From an archaeon GW2011_AR15 (GTDB lineage: Archaea; Nanobdellota; Nanobdellia; Woesearchaeales; GW2011-AR15), in contig CP010425.1 of assembly GCA_000830295.1 (NCBI GenBank), forward strand, positions 603,308-627,307: a stretch of 24,000 bases of DNA, written 5' to 3'. The notes beneath the pieces were generated by a model. That model ran no database searches, was not told where the DNA came from, and was given only the letters and a program-made list of their open reading frames with translations. Below, piece after piece: positions 1 to 9,960 of this stretch. Position 1 is the first letter of the stretch; each line of letters opens with the position of its first letter. The position numbers and the translations under genes were made by a program.

Positions 1-1
1 A

Positions 2-2224
2 ACAAATCTTAACCGGACGTGGTATACAAAAAACAGCAATGCTACAAAAATTTCATTAACAGGAAGCAACGGGAATAATCTCCAAAATATAACTTTCACA
101 AAAGCAGGCAGGCAGGTTCTATCAGTCTTTGCCAACAATACCAATGGCGGAGTCGGCAGTGCAAATGTTACTTTTTTCATCAATCAAAGCTTTAATATCA
201 CACAATGGACAAGCGCGGTCTCAACAGCATCCCCGAATATATCTTCTGTAAGAATACAAGATCCAACAGGAGGTACTTTGACAGGAAATATTTCTGCAGA
301 TATGAATTTTACTCTGAAAATAAATTTTACAACTAGTGGGATAAATCTTACAGCACATAATCTGACAGGTCTCAACACAACATGGGATTTCGTACTTATA
401 GCAGATGATGATTCGGCTTCTTTTGTTTCAGACATCGGGGATGCAATAGGTACAGGTCCGGTAGATTATGTTCACCTGAAGAATTTTTCCAATTTTTTCA
501 ATGATTCAGATGATTACTTCGGAAATGTAAGCCTGCCGCTAAACGCCAGCGCATATAACGGAATTTATTATTGCCCGACAGGAAACTTCTCAGCATGCAC
601 GCAGATAAGCAGCTGCTCAGGAGAATTCAATGAGACATCATCAACATCATGTTACAACACCTCAACAGGAATTGCAAGAGTATTCGTGCCTCATTTCAGC
701 GCAGTTTTCGGGGCCAATGATACTGTTGCACCTACAATTACAATGATTAATCCAGTGAATAATTCAATAATTAATTTCAGCTATCATGTTCCTGTTAATT
801 TCACGACAAACGAGAATTCAACATGGTGTTTCTACCAGCATAATGCCGGCACAGCAGTTAATGTTACCGGCACAACATCATTCAATACAGTTTTCAACGC
901 TACAAGCAATAGCGCCCAGAATATTTCAGTCACTTGCCGCGATCAGTATAATAACTCTAATTCGCCGGCCACTGTAGTTTATTTTACAATCAATGATACA
1001 ACAGCTCCAACAATCTCTTCCCTAAGTGATACTTCAACCACGTCAACAGTCAGGATAACATTCAACACAAACGAGCCCGCCAATTCCTCAGTAGTTTTAA
1101 GCAGCGGGACAACGACAACAAACACAACGCTCAGGCTTTCCCATTCATTCAATCTCACAGGCTTAACTGAGGATACAAGCTACAGCTATAATATAACTGT
1201 TTGCGACAGACTCTCCAACTGCGGCAACACATCTGGAACAGAAGCTACAGAAGATTCATCATCAGATGACAGCTCAAGCAGCTCAGACTCTTCCAGCTCC
1301 TCCGGAGGCAGCAGTTCCGGAACAGCATCAGCCACGGCAAAGATGACGCAGATATGGGAAACCCTTGAAAGAGGAGAGCAGATAATGAATGTTGCAAGCG
1401 TAAAGATAGCCTTTACCAGACTCACACTGGCTGTCCTGAATACTATAGACTCTCAGGTGACTGTAAGTGTGGAATCCCTGCTTGAACTGCCTTCATCAGT
1501 GCCGGCGCCAGGCAGAGAGATTTTCCAGTACCTTGAGACTGAGGAAACTGGAATAACAGATGTGGATATAGGAGCAGTCACTATAAATTTCAGGGTGGAT
1601 AATTCATGGATAGAAGAGAACTCAATAGATGCTGAAAGCATAAAGCTTTACAGGTATACTGATGCATGGGCTGCGCTTGAGACAGAGTTCCTGTCGCAGG
1701 ATACAGTATATGCCTATTATGAGGCACAGTCTCCCGGCCTGAGCTATTTTGCAGTAACAGGCGGCAAGCTGCCGCAAAATGTTGTAGCAGCAAACGAAAC
1801 AGGAACAAACGAAACAGGAAATATAACGGATTTACCGAATGAAACAGCTAAAAGATTTAACTTTCTTCCGTGGCTGCTCATACTCCTTTTCGTGGGTGCA
1901 GCGGGTGTAGGGTTCTATTATTACCAAAAAACCGTGTCAGTCAGCACAGACAAGGAGCTGCATGGATTAAGGGAATATGTGAGAAAATACAGGAAGCAGG
2001 GTGGAAAAACAGAAGATATAGAGAAAGCCCTTATCACAGAGGGCTGGAACAAGAACCTTGTTGATCTTGCTCTGCATGAAGTGGAAGAACCGCACGAGCA
2101 GCATGACAAGCTGCAGGAATACATAAGCAAGGCATTAAAATCAGGAAAGACAAAAAAAGAGGTAGAGGAACTCCTGAAAAGAGCAGGCTGGGGCGATGAT
2201 GTGATAAACAAATATCTCAAATAG
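2..2224 (+). CDS. Cell-surface glycoprotein-like protein, 5'-partial (FN3/Ig-like modules, Ser-rich linker, PGF-pre-PGF-like domain, TM anchor, cytoplasmic tail)
   Basis: The frame is open from the window edge. There is no stop between nt 2 and the TTG at 278 that the ORF track uses as start, and the upstream residues have the same N-x-S/T-rich character. Stop is TAG 2222-2224. I count about 40 N-x-S/T sequons by hand. There are two modules led by DT(V/T)APTI, and the second has an FN3-like signature (TFNTNEPANSSVV...SHSFNLTGLTEDTSYSYNITV). A Ser/Asp linker EDSSSDDSSSSSDSSSSSGGSSSG follows. A segment at about nt 1343-1765 (SVESLLELPSSVPAPGREIFQYLE...NSWIEENSIDAESIKLYRY...SPGLSYFAVTG) resembles the PGF-pre-PGF domain. 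A TM helix lies at nt 1856-1924, followed by a 99-aa tail. Confidence 0.8.
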   Translation, partial: TNLNRTWYTKNSNATKISLTGSNGNNLQNITFTKAGRQVLSVFANNTNGGVGSANVTFFINQSFNITQWTSAVSTASPNISSVRIQDPTGGTLTGNISADMNFTLKINFTTSGINLTAHNLTGLNTTWDFVLIADDDSASFVSDIGDAIGTGPVDYVHLKNFSNFFNDSDDYFGNVSLPLNASAYNGIYYCPTGNFSACTQISSCSGEFNETSSTSCYNTSTGIARVFVPHFSAVFGANDTVAPTITMINPVNNSIINFSYHVPVNFTTNENSTWCFYQHNAGTAVNVTGTTSFNTVFNATSNSAQNISVTCRDQYNNSNSPATVVYFTINDTTAPTISSLSDTSTTSTVRITFNTNEPANSSVVLSSGTTTTNTTLRLSHSFNLTGLTEDTSYSYNITVCDRLSNCGNTSGTEATEDSSSDDSSSSSDSSSSSGGSSSGTASATAKMTQIWETLERGEQIMNVASVKIAFTRLTLAVLNTIDSQVTVSVESLLELPSSVPAPGREIFQYLETEETGITDVDIGAVTINFRVDNSWIEENSIDAESIKLYRYTDAWAALETEFLSQDTVYAYYEAQSPGLSYFAVTGGKLPQNVVAANETGTNETGNITDLPNETAKRFNFLPWLLILLFVGAAGVGFYYYQKTVSVSTDKELHGLREYVRKYRKQGGKTEDIEKALITEGWNKNLVDLALHEVEEPHEQHDKLQEYISKALKSGKTKKEVEELLKRAGWGDDVINKYLK

Positions 2225-2225
2225 A

Positions 2226-2660
2226 TTATTTCTTCTTCTTTATCATGTCTTCAATAGTGAGTTCTTTTGTATCCGCCTTCAGGCTTTTGGAAGTAACTTC
2301 CCGTTCTTCAATAAGCTTAACGCTCAGCTGCTTTTCCAGCTTCCTTGCTATCTCAAGCGGAGGCACGTATTCTCCTGATTCCATCTTGTGCACAAGAGAT
2401 TCCCTCTCAGCAAGATATTTTGCGAACTCATTCTGCTTCAGTCCCATCTTTTCCCTTTTTTCCCTGATTATCTTTGGGAAATCATCTATGACGACCTCTA
2501 TTATCTCTTTTTCAGGCCTCCGGACAACCCTCGACCTCACAACAAGTTTCTTCCTTACTGGCCTGCCGAAAGAAGCGCAGTTCCTGCAGACTTTCAGCTC
2601 CACGCCTTCAACCATGACAGTGACCAGCTCTGCTTCTGTTCCGCACATCTCGCAGTTCAT
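2226..2660 (-). CDS. mbf1: Archaeal multiprotein-bridging factor 1 (zinc ribbon + XRE-type HTH)
   Basis: ATG start at 2660. N-terminal CxxC...CxxC ribbon (MNCEMCG...VCRNCASFG) plus a C-terminal HTH (GLKQNEFAKYLAERESLVHKMESGEYVP), at the typical aMBF1 size of 144 aa. The start abuts the stop of the upstream gene (2661). Confidence 0.85.
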   Translation of the reverse strand: MNCEMCGTEAELVTVMVEGVELKVCRNCASFGRPVRKKLVVRSRVVRRPEKEIIEVVIDDFPKIIREKREKMGLKQNEFAKYLAERESLVHKMESGEYVPPLEIARKLEKQLSVKLIEEREVTSKSLKADTKELTIEDMIKKKK

Positions 2661-3851
2661 TTATCTCCCCCACACCAATATATTAAACAGCTCTCTGCCC
2701 TGGTTAAGTGAATATTGTTTTTTTAATTTAAACTTATGGGTTTTGGCATATTCATCAAGTAGCTCATACTCCTTTGCCAGCAGCACAACTTTTCCTGTTT
2801 TTTTCAGTATGTATTCCGCCTGGTAGAAAAGCTCATTGTATATTTTCCTCATCAGCCCGACGTCCTTGTGCTTTGACATCCTTGGAGGGTCTGATATTAT
2901 GAAATCAACATTGTTCTTCCCGAATTTCATGTCCATCCACTCAACTTCTTTCTTGCTTAAAGTTATGTATTTATCCACGCCCGCAAGTTTGGCATTCTTC
3001 TGGGCTGCATTCAGGAATCTCAGCTGGAAATCATATCCTGATACATTTGTCATTTCCCTTTTTATTTTCTTATCATGCATTTCAAAAAATTTCTTTTCAC
3101 CATATTTTTTAAAAAATTCAAAATTGGTAAAAAAGAGCCTGTCCTTGCTGTAGTAATGCACAGGAAACCCCATTGCATACAGCGCAGCCTCTATCACAAT
3201 AACGCCGGAGCCCATGAACGGGTCAACTATCACTGAATCTTTTTTTATGCCGGCTTTCCTCAGCACAGCATAGCCTGTTGTGCCTTTCAGGGCTTCCGGA
3301 TGGTTGAATATCTTATACTGCCTCTTTGAGAGATCAATCCCCGCAAAATCAACCCCGAAATACCCACTGTTTCCGTATATGTAGATATAGAATATCACAT
3401 CAGGCAGGTCATAGTCAATTTCAGGCTTCCCTGTTTTTTTCATCAGCTCAAAAAGACATTTGCTTGCCTCAGCCCCGACATCCACGCTGTGGAAATCATG
3501 CTCGCCTTCCCTGCCTGATTCAACCTTATATTTCCCTAGAAACCATTCACTGATGCCATCTTTCTTTAAACTCCCGGTAAGATTCTTTACTGTCTTATCA
3601 AGCTCTTTCTCTACCTTAAACTCAAACAGGAGAAGAACGGCTTTCGATATAGACTGGGACCTGTAGCATACGGTGCACAGCTCAGAATAGTCTTTTATGC
3701 TGAACTTTGCCAGCGTCTCTGAAACTTCTGCTTTGCTTCCTATAAGCTCTTTTATCTCCTCAGCAGCAACATCCTCAGCGCCTTTGTTGGTTATTGCAAT
3801 TGCCTCGTGCATGATTAACTGGAAAGGAAAGCTGTTTTTAAGCGTTGCCAT
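2661..3851 (-). CDS. THUMP-domain class I SAM-dependent RNA methyltransferase (Trm14/RlmL-like, m2G-type)
   Basis: ATG at 3851. N-terminal THUMP-like region, then NHPEALKGTTGYAVL...VDPFMGSGVIVIEAA (SAM motif I), then IISDPPRM in the place of the (D/N)PP(Y/F) motif IV (nt 2880-2891). Co-directional with gyrA and mbf1. An alternative start at MHEAIAITNKG is possible. Confidence 0.75.
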   Translation of the reverse strand: MATLKNSFPFQLIMHEAIAITNKGAEDVAAEEIKELIGSKAEVSETLAKFSIKDYSELCTVCYRSQSISKAVLLLFEFKVEKELDKTVKNLTGSLKKDGISEWFLGKYKVESGREGEHDFHSVDVGAEASKCLFELMKKTGKPEIDYDLPDVIFYIYIYGNSGYFGVDFAGIDLSKRQYKIFNHPEALKGTTGYAVLRKAGIKKDSVIVDPFMGSGVIVIEAALYAMGFPVHYYSKDRLFFTNFEFFKKYGEKKFFEMHDKKIKREMTNVSGYDFQLRFLNAAQKNAKLAGVDKYITLSKKEVEWMDMKFGKNNVDFIISDPPRMSKHKDVGLMRKIYNELFYQAEYILKKTGKVVLLAKEYELLDEYAKTHKFKLKKQYSLNQGRELFNILVWGR

Positions 3852-3868
3852 GCCGACAGAAATAAGCC

Positions 3869-6295
3869 CTATCCAAGAATTCTCGCAGCATCAGCTACCT
3901 TATCGCCCTGGTTCAGCCTCATCAGCCTGACGCCCTGGGTGTTCCTTCCTATCACAGAAATGAATTTTGCGCTGGTCCTTATTACCTGGCCGTTGACGCT
4001 GATAAGCATAAGCTCGTCTTCGTCACTAACTGATTTTATGACGATGACCCCGCCGTTCCTTTCATTTGTTTTTATGTTTATGACTCCGCTCCCGCCCCTG
4101 TTAATGAGCCTGTAGTCTGATATGGGGGACCTTTTTCCAAATCCGTTTTCAGTGATTGTGAGCAGGGTCCTGTCTTCCTGGGCAACAACCATCCCTATTA
4201 CTTCATCACCTTTTTTCTTCAATGTTATTCCCCTGACGCCGAAGGAATGCCTGGCCACAGGCCTTACATCAGTCTCATTGAATTTTACAGCCATGCCTTC
4301 TTTTGTTGCCAGTATGAGCTGCTTCTCTCCGTTTGTCTTCACGACGCTTATAACATCATCTCCCTCTCTCAGGTTGATTGCCCAGATTCCTCCCTTCCTG
4401 GGCTTTGAATATGCCCTGATCCTTGTCTTCTTCACTAATCCTCCTGTCGTTGCAAATACAAGATATTCATTATCCTTGAATTCTTTCACGGGAATCACAG
4501 CAGATATTTTCTCGTCCTGCTCCAGCCCCACGAGATTCACTATTGCCTTTCCTTTTGAATACCTTGATGCATCAGGAATCCTGTAGACTTTTGTCCAGTA
4601 AACCCTTCCCTTGTTTGTAAATGTAAGCAGGAATGAGTGCGTGTTTGCAATGAAAAGATGCTCCAGGAAATCCTCTTCTTTTGTCTCTGCTCCCCTTATT
4701 CCCTTGCCTCCCCTTCCCTGCTGCTTGTATTCATCAAGGCTCATCCTTTTTATGTATCCTGAATGGCTTATTGTCACAACAACATCTTCCTCGTCAATAA
4801 GGTCCTCAATATCAAGATCATCTTCATAGGCTATTATTTTTGTCCTTCTCTCATCTCCGTAATTGTCAATAAGTTCCTGCAGCTCTTTCTTTATCAGCCC
4901 AAGCACTTTGCTCTTGTCTGCAAGTATGCCTTCAAGCTCTGCAATAAGGCTGACAAGCCCAGCATGCTCATCCTTTATTTTCTTCTGCTCAAGTGCAGCC
5001 AGCCTCTGAAGCTTCAGATCAAGTATTGCTTTTGCCTGCTCCTCGCTTAGCTGGTAATCCCTCATCAGCATGTCTTTTGCCTCTGCTGCATCGGCAGACT
5101 TCTTTATTTTCTCAACAACAGCATCAATATGCGCCAATGCTACAAGAAGCCCTTCAAGAATATGGGCCCTCTCCGTGGCTTTCCTTAAATCGTATTTTGT
5201 CCTTCTTGTTATTATATTGGTCCTGTGCTCTATGTGATATTCAATAAGATTCTTCAGGTTGAGTGTCTTCGGGATATTATTGACAAGGGCAAGGAACCTT
5301 ATACCATAGCTCGTCTGGAGCCTTGAATGCTTGTAAAGCTGGTTTATTACCACTTCCGGATTTGTATCCTTTTTCAGGGTTATCACGATTCTCATCCCTG
5401 TCCTGTCGCTCTCATCCCTCAGCTCTGATATCTCTGTTATTGTCTTCTTCCTTACAAGGTCGGCAATCTCCTCAAGAAGCAGGGATTTGTTTATCATGTA
5501 GGGGATTTCCTTTACAATAAGCGAGACTCTCCCTTTCTTTTCCTCAGTCTCTATCCTTGCCCTTACCTTGATATTTCCTTTTCCTGTTGCATATGCCTGC
5601 TTTGCCCCGGCATCCCCGCACAGCAGGCCGCCTGTCGGCAGATCAGGGCCTTTTACAACAGCAGCAAGCTCATTAACGGATATCTCGGGATTGTCAATAT
5701 TCATTATTATTGCCCTGCACACATCCTTAAGATTATGCGGGGGTACATTGGTTGCCATTCCGACAGCAATGCCGGATGAGCCGTTCACAAGAAGATTTGG
5801 CACAACGCTCGGAAGTATTTTGGGCTCCTTCAGCGAGCCGTCGAAATTATCCTGCATATCAACTGTTTCCTTTTCAATATCTTTCAGGATCTCAGATGAA
5901 ACCTTCTCAAGCCTCGCCTCAGTATACCTCATGGCAGCGGGATTGTCGCCGTCAATGCTTCCGAAGTTTCCCTGCCCGTTAACAAGGGGATATCTCAGGG
6001 ACCATGGCTGCGCCATCCTCACAAGCGCATCATAGACAGAGGAGTCTCCGTGCGGGTGGTATTTACCAAGCGTCTCTCCCACGATTCTTGCGGATTTCTT
6101 GAAAGGCTTGCCATGCTCCAGGCCGAGCTCCATCATCGTAAACAGGATACGCCTGTGGACAGGCTTTAAGCCGTCCCTCACATCAGGCAGAGCCCTTGAG
6201 ACTATGACAGACATAGCATAATCAAGAAAATCTGCCTTCAGCTCATTTTCAATGATTGCCGGAATAACCCTTTCCTGATTACTTTCTTCTGCCAT
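3869..6295 (-). CDS. gyrA: DNA gyrase subunit A
   Basis: 808 aa, ATG at 6295. Motifs seen: [32 protein letters not shown], the catalytic-Tyr motif [10 protein letters not shown], and the GyrA-box-like QQGRGGKG at the start of the beta-pinwheel C-terminal domain. Confidence 0.95.
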   Translation of the reverse strand: MAEESNQERVIPAIIENELKADFLDYAMSVIVSRALPDVRDGLKPVHRRILFTMMELGLEHGKPFKKSARIVGETLGKYHPHGDSSVYDALVRMAQPWSLRYPLVNGQGNFGSIDGDNPAAMRYTEARLEKVSSEILKDIEKETVDMQDNFDGSLKEPKILPSVVPNLLVNGSSGIAVGMATNVPPHNLKDVCRAIIMNIDNPEISVNELAAVVKGPDLPTGGLLCGDAGAKQAYATGKGNIKVRARIETEEKKGRVSLIVKEIPYMINKSLLLEEIADLVRKKTITEISELRDESDRTGMRIVITLKKDTNPEVVINQLYKHSRLQTSYGIRFLALVNNIPKTLNLKNLIEYHIEHRTNIITRRTKYDLRKATERAHILEGLLVALAHIDAVVEKIKKSADAAEAKDMLMRDYQLSEEQAKAILDLKLQRLAALEQKKIKDEHAGLVSLIAELEGILADKSKVLGLIKKELQELIDNYGDERRTKIIAYEDDLDIEDLIDEEDVVVTISHSGYIKRMSLDEYKQQGRGGKGIRGAETKEEDFLEHLFIANTHSFLLTFTNKGRVYWTKVYRIPDASRYSKGKAIVNLVGLEQDEKISAVIPVKEFKDNEYLVFATTGGLVKKTRIRAYSKPRKGGIWAINLREGDDVISVVKTNGEKQLILATKEGMAVKFNETDVRPVARHSFGVRGITLKKKGDEVIGMVVAQEDRTLLTITENGFGKRSPISDYRLINRGGSGVINIKTNERNGGVIVIKSVSDEDELMLISVNGQVIRTSAKFISVIGRNTQGVRLMRLNQGDKVADAARILG

Positions 6296-6448
6296 TTTTT
6301 ACACAAAATTCAGCCCAGAAAATGCATATTTTTTTGCAATTTTCTCCTCTATAAACCTGAATATTTCCGCATTTAAAAAGGTTTTGTATTTCTTGGCCGA
6401 AAACCTGGCCGGGTTAACTATAAATATTAGGAGGATATATGGGAGTAT

Positions 6449-6718
6449 ATGGCTACTTTTGAGCAGCTTGAAAAAGACATAAAAGAGATAAAAGAGAGGA
6501 ACAAAAAAGTAGAGGCAGACAAGGCCTGGGAGACAAGCTGGGCAAGGAGGATACTGGTTGCAGTCCTGACTTATGCTATAATAGCATATTTCTTTTATCT
6601 TGTCGGACTGCCTAACCCGCTGGCAAATGCATTTGTGCCTATGATTGCATTTGTCCTTTCAACATTGACCCTGTCATTTGCAAAGAAGCTCTGGGTGGAT
6701 AGGGTTTACAAAAAATAG
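6449..6718 (+). CDS. Small membrane protein (N-terminal charged helix + 2 predicted TM helices), function unknown
   Basis: ATG at 6449 with GGAGG upstream (about 6429-6434) and a TATA-like CTATAAATATT. 89 aa. The coiled charged N-terminus (EQLEKDIKEIKERNKKVEADKAWETSW) is followed by two hydrophobic stretches. Confidence 0.55.
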   Translation: MATFEQLEKDIKEIKERNKKVEADKAWETSWARRILVAVLTYAIIAYFFYLVGLPNPLANAFVPMIAFVLSTLTLSFAKKLWVDRVYKK

Positions 6719-6769
6719 CACACTTCTTTCCCTAAAATTTATAAACATATAATAAGCCACCATAAGTAG

Positions 6770-7453
6770 ATGAGAAAAGAGCCTATAATCAAGCTTGTGA
6801 ACGTGTGGAAAACCTACACAATGGGAGAAGTCCAGGTGCATGCCCTGCGGGGACTTGACCTTGAAGTGAAAGAAGGGGAATTCCTTGCAATTAAAGGTCC
6901 TTCCGGCTCAGGAAAAAGCACAGCCATGAACCTTGTCGGATGCCTTGATATACCGACAAAAGGCCATGTCTATCTTGAAGGGAAGGATATTTCAGCGATG
7001 GGGGAGTCTGAACTGGCCCAGGTAAGGGGCAGGAAAATAGGCTTCATATTCCAGCAGTTTAACCTCATAAATACACTGACCGCTTTGGAGAATGTAATGC
7101 TTCCCATGATGTTCCAGGGATTTCCAGAGGAGCAGAGGAAAAAAAGAGCAGCAGAGCTGCTTACAAAAGTCGGGCTCGGAGACAGGCTTCATCATAGGCC
7201 TACAGAGCTTTCAGGAGGCCAGCAGCAGCGAGTTGCAATAGCGCGCTCCCTTGCAGTTGACCCTGATGTAATACTTGCGGACGAGCCCACAGGAAACCTT
7301 GATTCCGCAACAGGAAAAACATTCATGGAATTCCTGAGGAAACTCCATAGGGAAGAGAGGAAAACAATAGTAATGGTCACGCATGATGATATGCTTGCAA
7401 AAGAGGCAAGCAGGATCGAGCATATTAAAGACGGACAGCTTGTAAGGAGGTAA
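6770..7453 (+). CDS. ABC transporter ATP-binding protein (MacB/LolD-type)
   Basis: Walker [10 protein letters not shown], signature [15 protein letters not shown], Walker [13 protein letters not shown]-loop VTHD. A TATA-like TTTATAAA ends about 25 nt before the ATG, so the first gene of the operon looks leaderless. Confidence 0.92.
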   Translation: MRKEPIIKLVNVWKTYTMGEVQVHALRGLDLEVKEGEFLAIKGPSGSGKSTAMNLVGCLDIPTKGHVYLEGKDISAMGESELAQVRGRKIGFIFQQFNLINTLTALENVMLPMMFQGFPEEQRKKRAAELLTKVGLGDRLHHRPTELSGGQQQRVAIARSLAVDPDVILADEPTGNLDSATGKTFMEFLRKLHREERKTIVMVTHDDMLAKEASRIEHIKDGQLVRR

Positions 7454-7456
7454 AAA

Positions 7457-8743
7457 ATGAAACTTAAAACAGTACTAACAGTTCTTTTTATGATGGTCAT
7501 GTTTACAGCAATTGTAAGCGCGCAGGCAATAATTGCGCCGACACTCGAAATGACTTTGCTCAACCAGGACCCGGACCCTGTAACACCCGGACAGTATGTT
7601 GAGCTCAGGTTCAGGGTGCATAATGACCAGACCAATACACTGGCAAGGAATGTCCATGTCAGGGTCCTTCCGAGCTATCCGTTCTCAGCAGTTTCAGGAA
7701 GCCCTACAGAAGTAAGCCTTGGAGACCTCCCAGGCACAACACTGAGAAATGAGATGATTACTGTAAAATTCAAGCTGAAAGTTGACGAGAACGCTGTCGA
7801 AGGGGATATCCCCCTGAAGCTGGAATACTCATTCAACAACATTTCTGTGACCCAGGAATTTGATGTCAGGATACAGACTGTGGATGCAAATCTCGGCATA
7901 GTTTCAATATCCTCATCTCCTGAAGAGATACTCCCCGGAGAGATGACAAAGCTGAGCGTAAGATTCAGGAATTTTGCGGATTCCACAATGAGGGACATCA
8001 GCCTCAAGCTTGACTTCGGGTATTCACACCTCCTTGACGAATCAACAGCAATAACTCCGACAGAATCGATAAATGCATTCAACTCACTTCCGTTTGTCCC
8101 TGTAGGCAGCTCATCAGAGCAAAAGCTGAGTGTGCTGGAGCCGGGCGAGGAATACACCTTTACATACAATATAATGACCTATACAGATGCAGAATCAAAG
8201 GTCTATAAAGTGCCGGTCCAGATAACCTATCATGATGAAGTAGGCACCAACTATACAAAGCAGGATATAGTCGGCCTTGTTGTGGGTGGTGAGCCGGAGA
8301 TATACGGGATTGTTGATGATTCCACATTAGCCAGGGGCGGCAGGTCAGGAAACGTGGTGATAAGGTTTGTCAACAGGGGGGTTACAGACGCAAGATTCGT
8401 CAATGTAAAGCTCCTCGAGACAGATGATTATGAAGTTGTTTCAGCAGGCGAGGTCTATCTTGGAGATGTTGACAGCGACGACTATGAAACAGCAGAATTC
8501 GACATCTACTCAAAAAGATCCGCAAGGGAGCCAAGGGACCTGAAGTTTGAGATGGAATACAAGGGAGCTGACAATGTCCTCTACACAAAAGAGCTCAATG
8601 TAACGCTCACCCCTGTAGATGCAGGCAAGCTTGGACAGGGCAGGAGCCCAGCAGGCTTGATAATCGTGCTGATACTTCTGGGAGCAGGCGGCTATATCTA
8701 CTGGAGAAGGCAGCAGGCAAAGAAAAAGCACAGCAGGAAATGA
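7457..8743 (+). CDS. Secreted, C-terminally membrane-anchored protein with three CARDB/COG1361-like beta-sandwich repeats
   Basis: AGGAGG lies 7 nt upstream of the ATG. Sec-type signal peptide ([24 protein letters not shown]). Three repeats of about 110-130 aa each start with a ...PG(Q/E)...(L/V)x(F/V)x(V/F)xN pattern. The C-terminal TM helix ([17 protein letters not shown]) is followed by a basic tail [12 protein letters not shown]. Confidence 0.7.
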   Translation: MKLKTVLTVLFMMVMFTAIVSAQAIIAPTLEMTLLNQDPDPVTPGQYVELRFRVHNDQTNTLARNVHVRVLPSYPFSAVSGSPTEVSLGDLPGTTLRNEMITVKFKLKVDENAVEGDIPLKLEYSFNNISVTQEFDVRIQTVDANLGIVSISSSPEEILPGEMTKLSVRFRNFADSTMRDISLKLDFGYSHLLDESTAITPTESINAFNSLPFVPVGSSSEQKLSVLEPGEEYTFTYNIMTYTDAESKVYKVPVQITYHDEVGTNYTKQDIVGLVVGGEPEIYGIVDDSTLARGGRSGNVVIRFVNRGVTDARFVNVKLLETDDYEVVSAGEVYLGDVDSDDYETAEFDIYSKRSAREPRDLKFEMEYKGADNVLYTKELNVTLTPVDAGKLGQGRSPAGLIIVLILLGAGGYIYWRRQQAKKKHSRK

Positions 8744-9960
8744 TAAAGGATTACATCAGGCTGTCGTTCCTTAGTCTCAGCCACAGGAAGCTAAGAAGCT
8801 GGCTGACAATGATAGGTATATTCATAGGAATAGCAGCCGTAATTTCCTTAATCGGCCTTGGAGAAGGCCTCAGGGTGGCTGTCAGAAACCAGTTTGGCTT
8901 TCTTGGAAATGATGTGCTGAGTGTGCAGGCATCAGGGCTTGATTATGCAGGCCCTCCGGGAACAGGCGCCGTTAATCCGCTTGAGGACACTCTTTATGAG
9001 AAGATACAGCGGCTTAACGGCGTAGAGACAGCATTCAACAGGTATATAGAGACAGGAAGGCTGGAATTCAATGATAAGCAGATAGTAGTGCCTGTAGGGT
9101 CTATCCCTATGGGCGAAGACAAAAAAATTCTGGAGAGGATGCTCAACATAGAGATGGCATCTGGCAGAGTATTGAGGGACAGCGACAGCAAAGGAGTCGT
9201 AGTGGGAAGCAGCATTGCTGATGAAAACTCATTTGGAAGGAAGCTTGAAGCAGGCAACAGGGTTGTGCTTAACGGAATTGAATTTGAAGTAATAGGGATT
9301 CTTGAGCCAAAAGGCAGCTTCATACTTGACAACTCAGTAATGATTAACGAGGACTCCCTGCTTGATATATTCGGAGATGCCGGCACTACGGACGTGATTG
9401 CTGTGAAGGTGAGAGATGAAAAAGAGATAGCGTCTGTGAAAACATCAATTGAAAACCTTCTGAGAAAGGAAAGAGATGTTAAAGAGGGGGAGGAGAATTT
9501 CAATGTCCAGTCTCCGCAGAATATTCTTGACACCCTGGACAGCACGTTGTTTGCAGTGCAGATTTTTATTTATGTCATAGCCACTATTTCACTGGTTGTG
9601 GGCGGCATAGGCATAATGAATACAATGTATACAGCAGTCCTTGAGAGGACAAAAGAGATAGGCATAATGAAGGCAATAGGGGCAAGGAACTCAACCATAT
9701 TCCTCCTGTTTTCAATGGAATCCGGATTCCTCGGGATGGTCGGAGGAATAATAGGCGTGCTCATTGGATTAGTGCTGGCATATGGCCTTTCATTTATAGG
9801 ACGACTTGTTTTGGGATCTGACCTGATACAGGCGAATATCAGCATCGCGCTTATAGTTTTCGCCCTTTTGTTTTCATTTCTGCTTGGAACAGTATTTGGC
9901 GTATTGCCGGCGGTGCAGGCCTCAAAGATGCAGCCTGTGGAGGCGCTGAGGTCACAATGA
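8740..9960 (+). CDS. ABC transporter permease, MacB/FtsX family (paralog 1)
   Basis: ATGA start/stop overlap with the upstream gene. N-terminal TM helix, extracytoplasmic domain of about 230 aa, then an FtsX module (GGIGIMNTMYTAVLERTKEIGIMKAIGARN...) with three TM helices. Confidence 0.88.
   Translation: MIKDYIRLSFLSLSHRKLRSWLTMIGIFIGIAAVISLIGLGEGLRVAVRNQFGFLGNDVLSVQASGLDYAGPPGTGAVNPLEDTLYEKIQRLNGVETAFNRYIETGRLEFNDKQIVVPVGSIPMGEDKKILERMLNIEMASGRVLRDSDSKGVVVGSSIADENSFGRKLEAGNRVVLNGIEFEVIGILEPKGSFILDNSVMINEDSLLDIFGDAGTTDVIAVKVRDEKEIASVKTSIENLLRKERDVKEGEENFNVQSPQNILDTLDSTLFAVQIFIYVIATISLVVGGIGIMNTMYTAVLERTKEIGIMKAIGARNSTIFLLFSMESGFLGMVGGIIGVLIGLVLAYGLSFIGRLVLGSDLIQANISIALIVFALLFSFLLGTVFGVLPAVQASKMQPVEALRSQ

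Noticed and set aside
278-280. TTG given by the track as the start of the first ORF.
   Set aside because: The frame is open back to nt 2 with the same protein character, so the gene is truncated by the window edge.
2245-2826. 193-aa plus-strand ORF, and the overlapping 2388..2711 ORF.
   Set aside because: It lies antisense to mbf1 and the THUMP methyltransferase. The translation is low-complexity and rich in S/F/L, typical of a shadow ORF opposite a real gene. There is no start context.
4122-6035. Several 65-155-aa plus-strand ORFs inside gyrA.
   Set aside because: They are antisense shadows of a confidently identified gene. Their composition is dominated by S/L/P/F and they carry no motifs.
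3869-6295. gyrA without an adjacent gyrB as a sign of a novel arrangement or horizontal transfer.
   Set aside because: Unlinked gyrA and gyrB are common. The composition matches the neighbours, and nothing in the window supports transfer.
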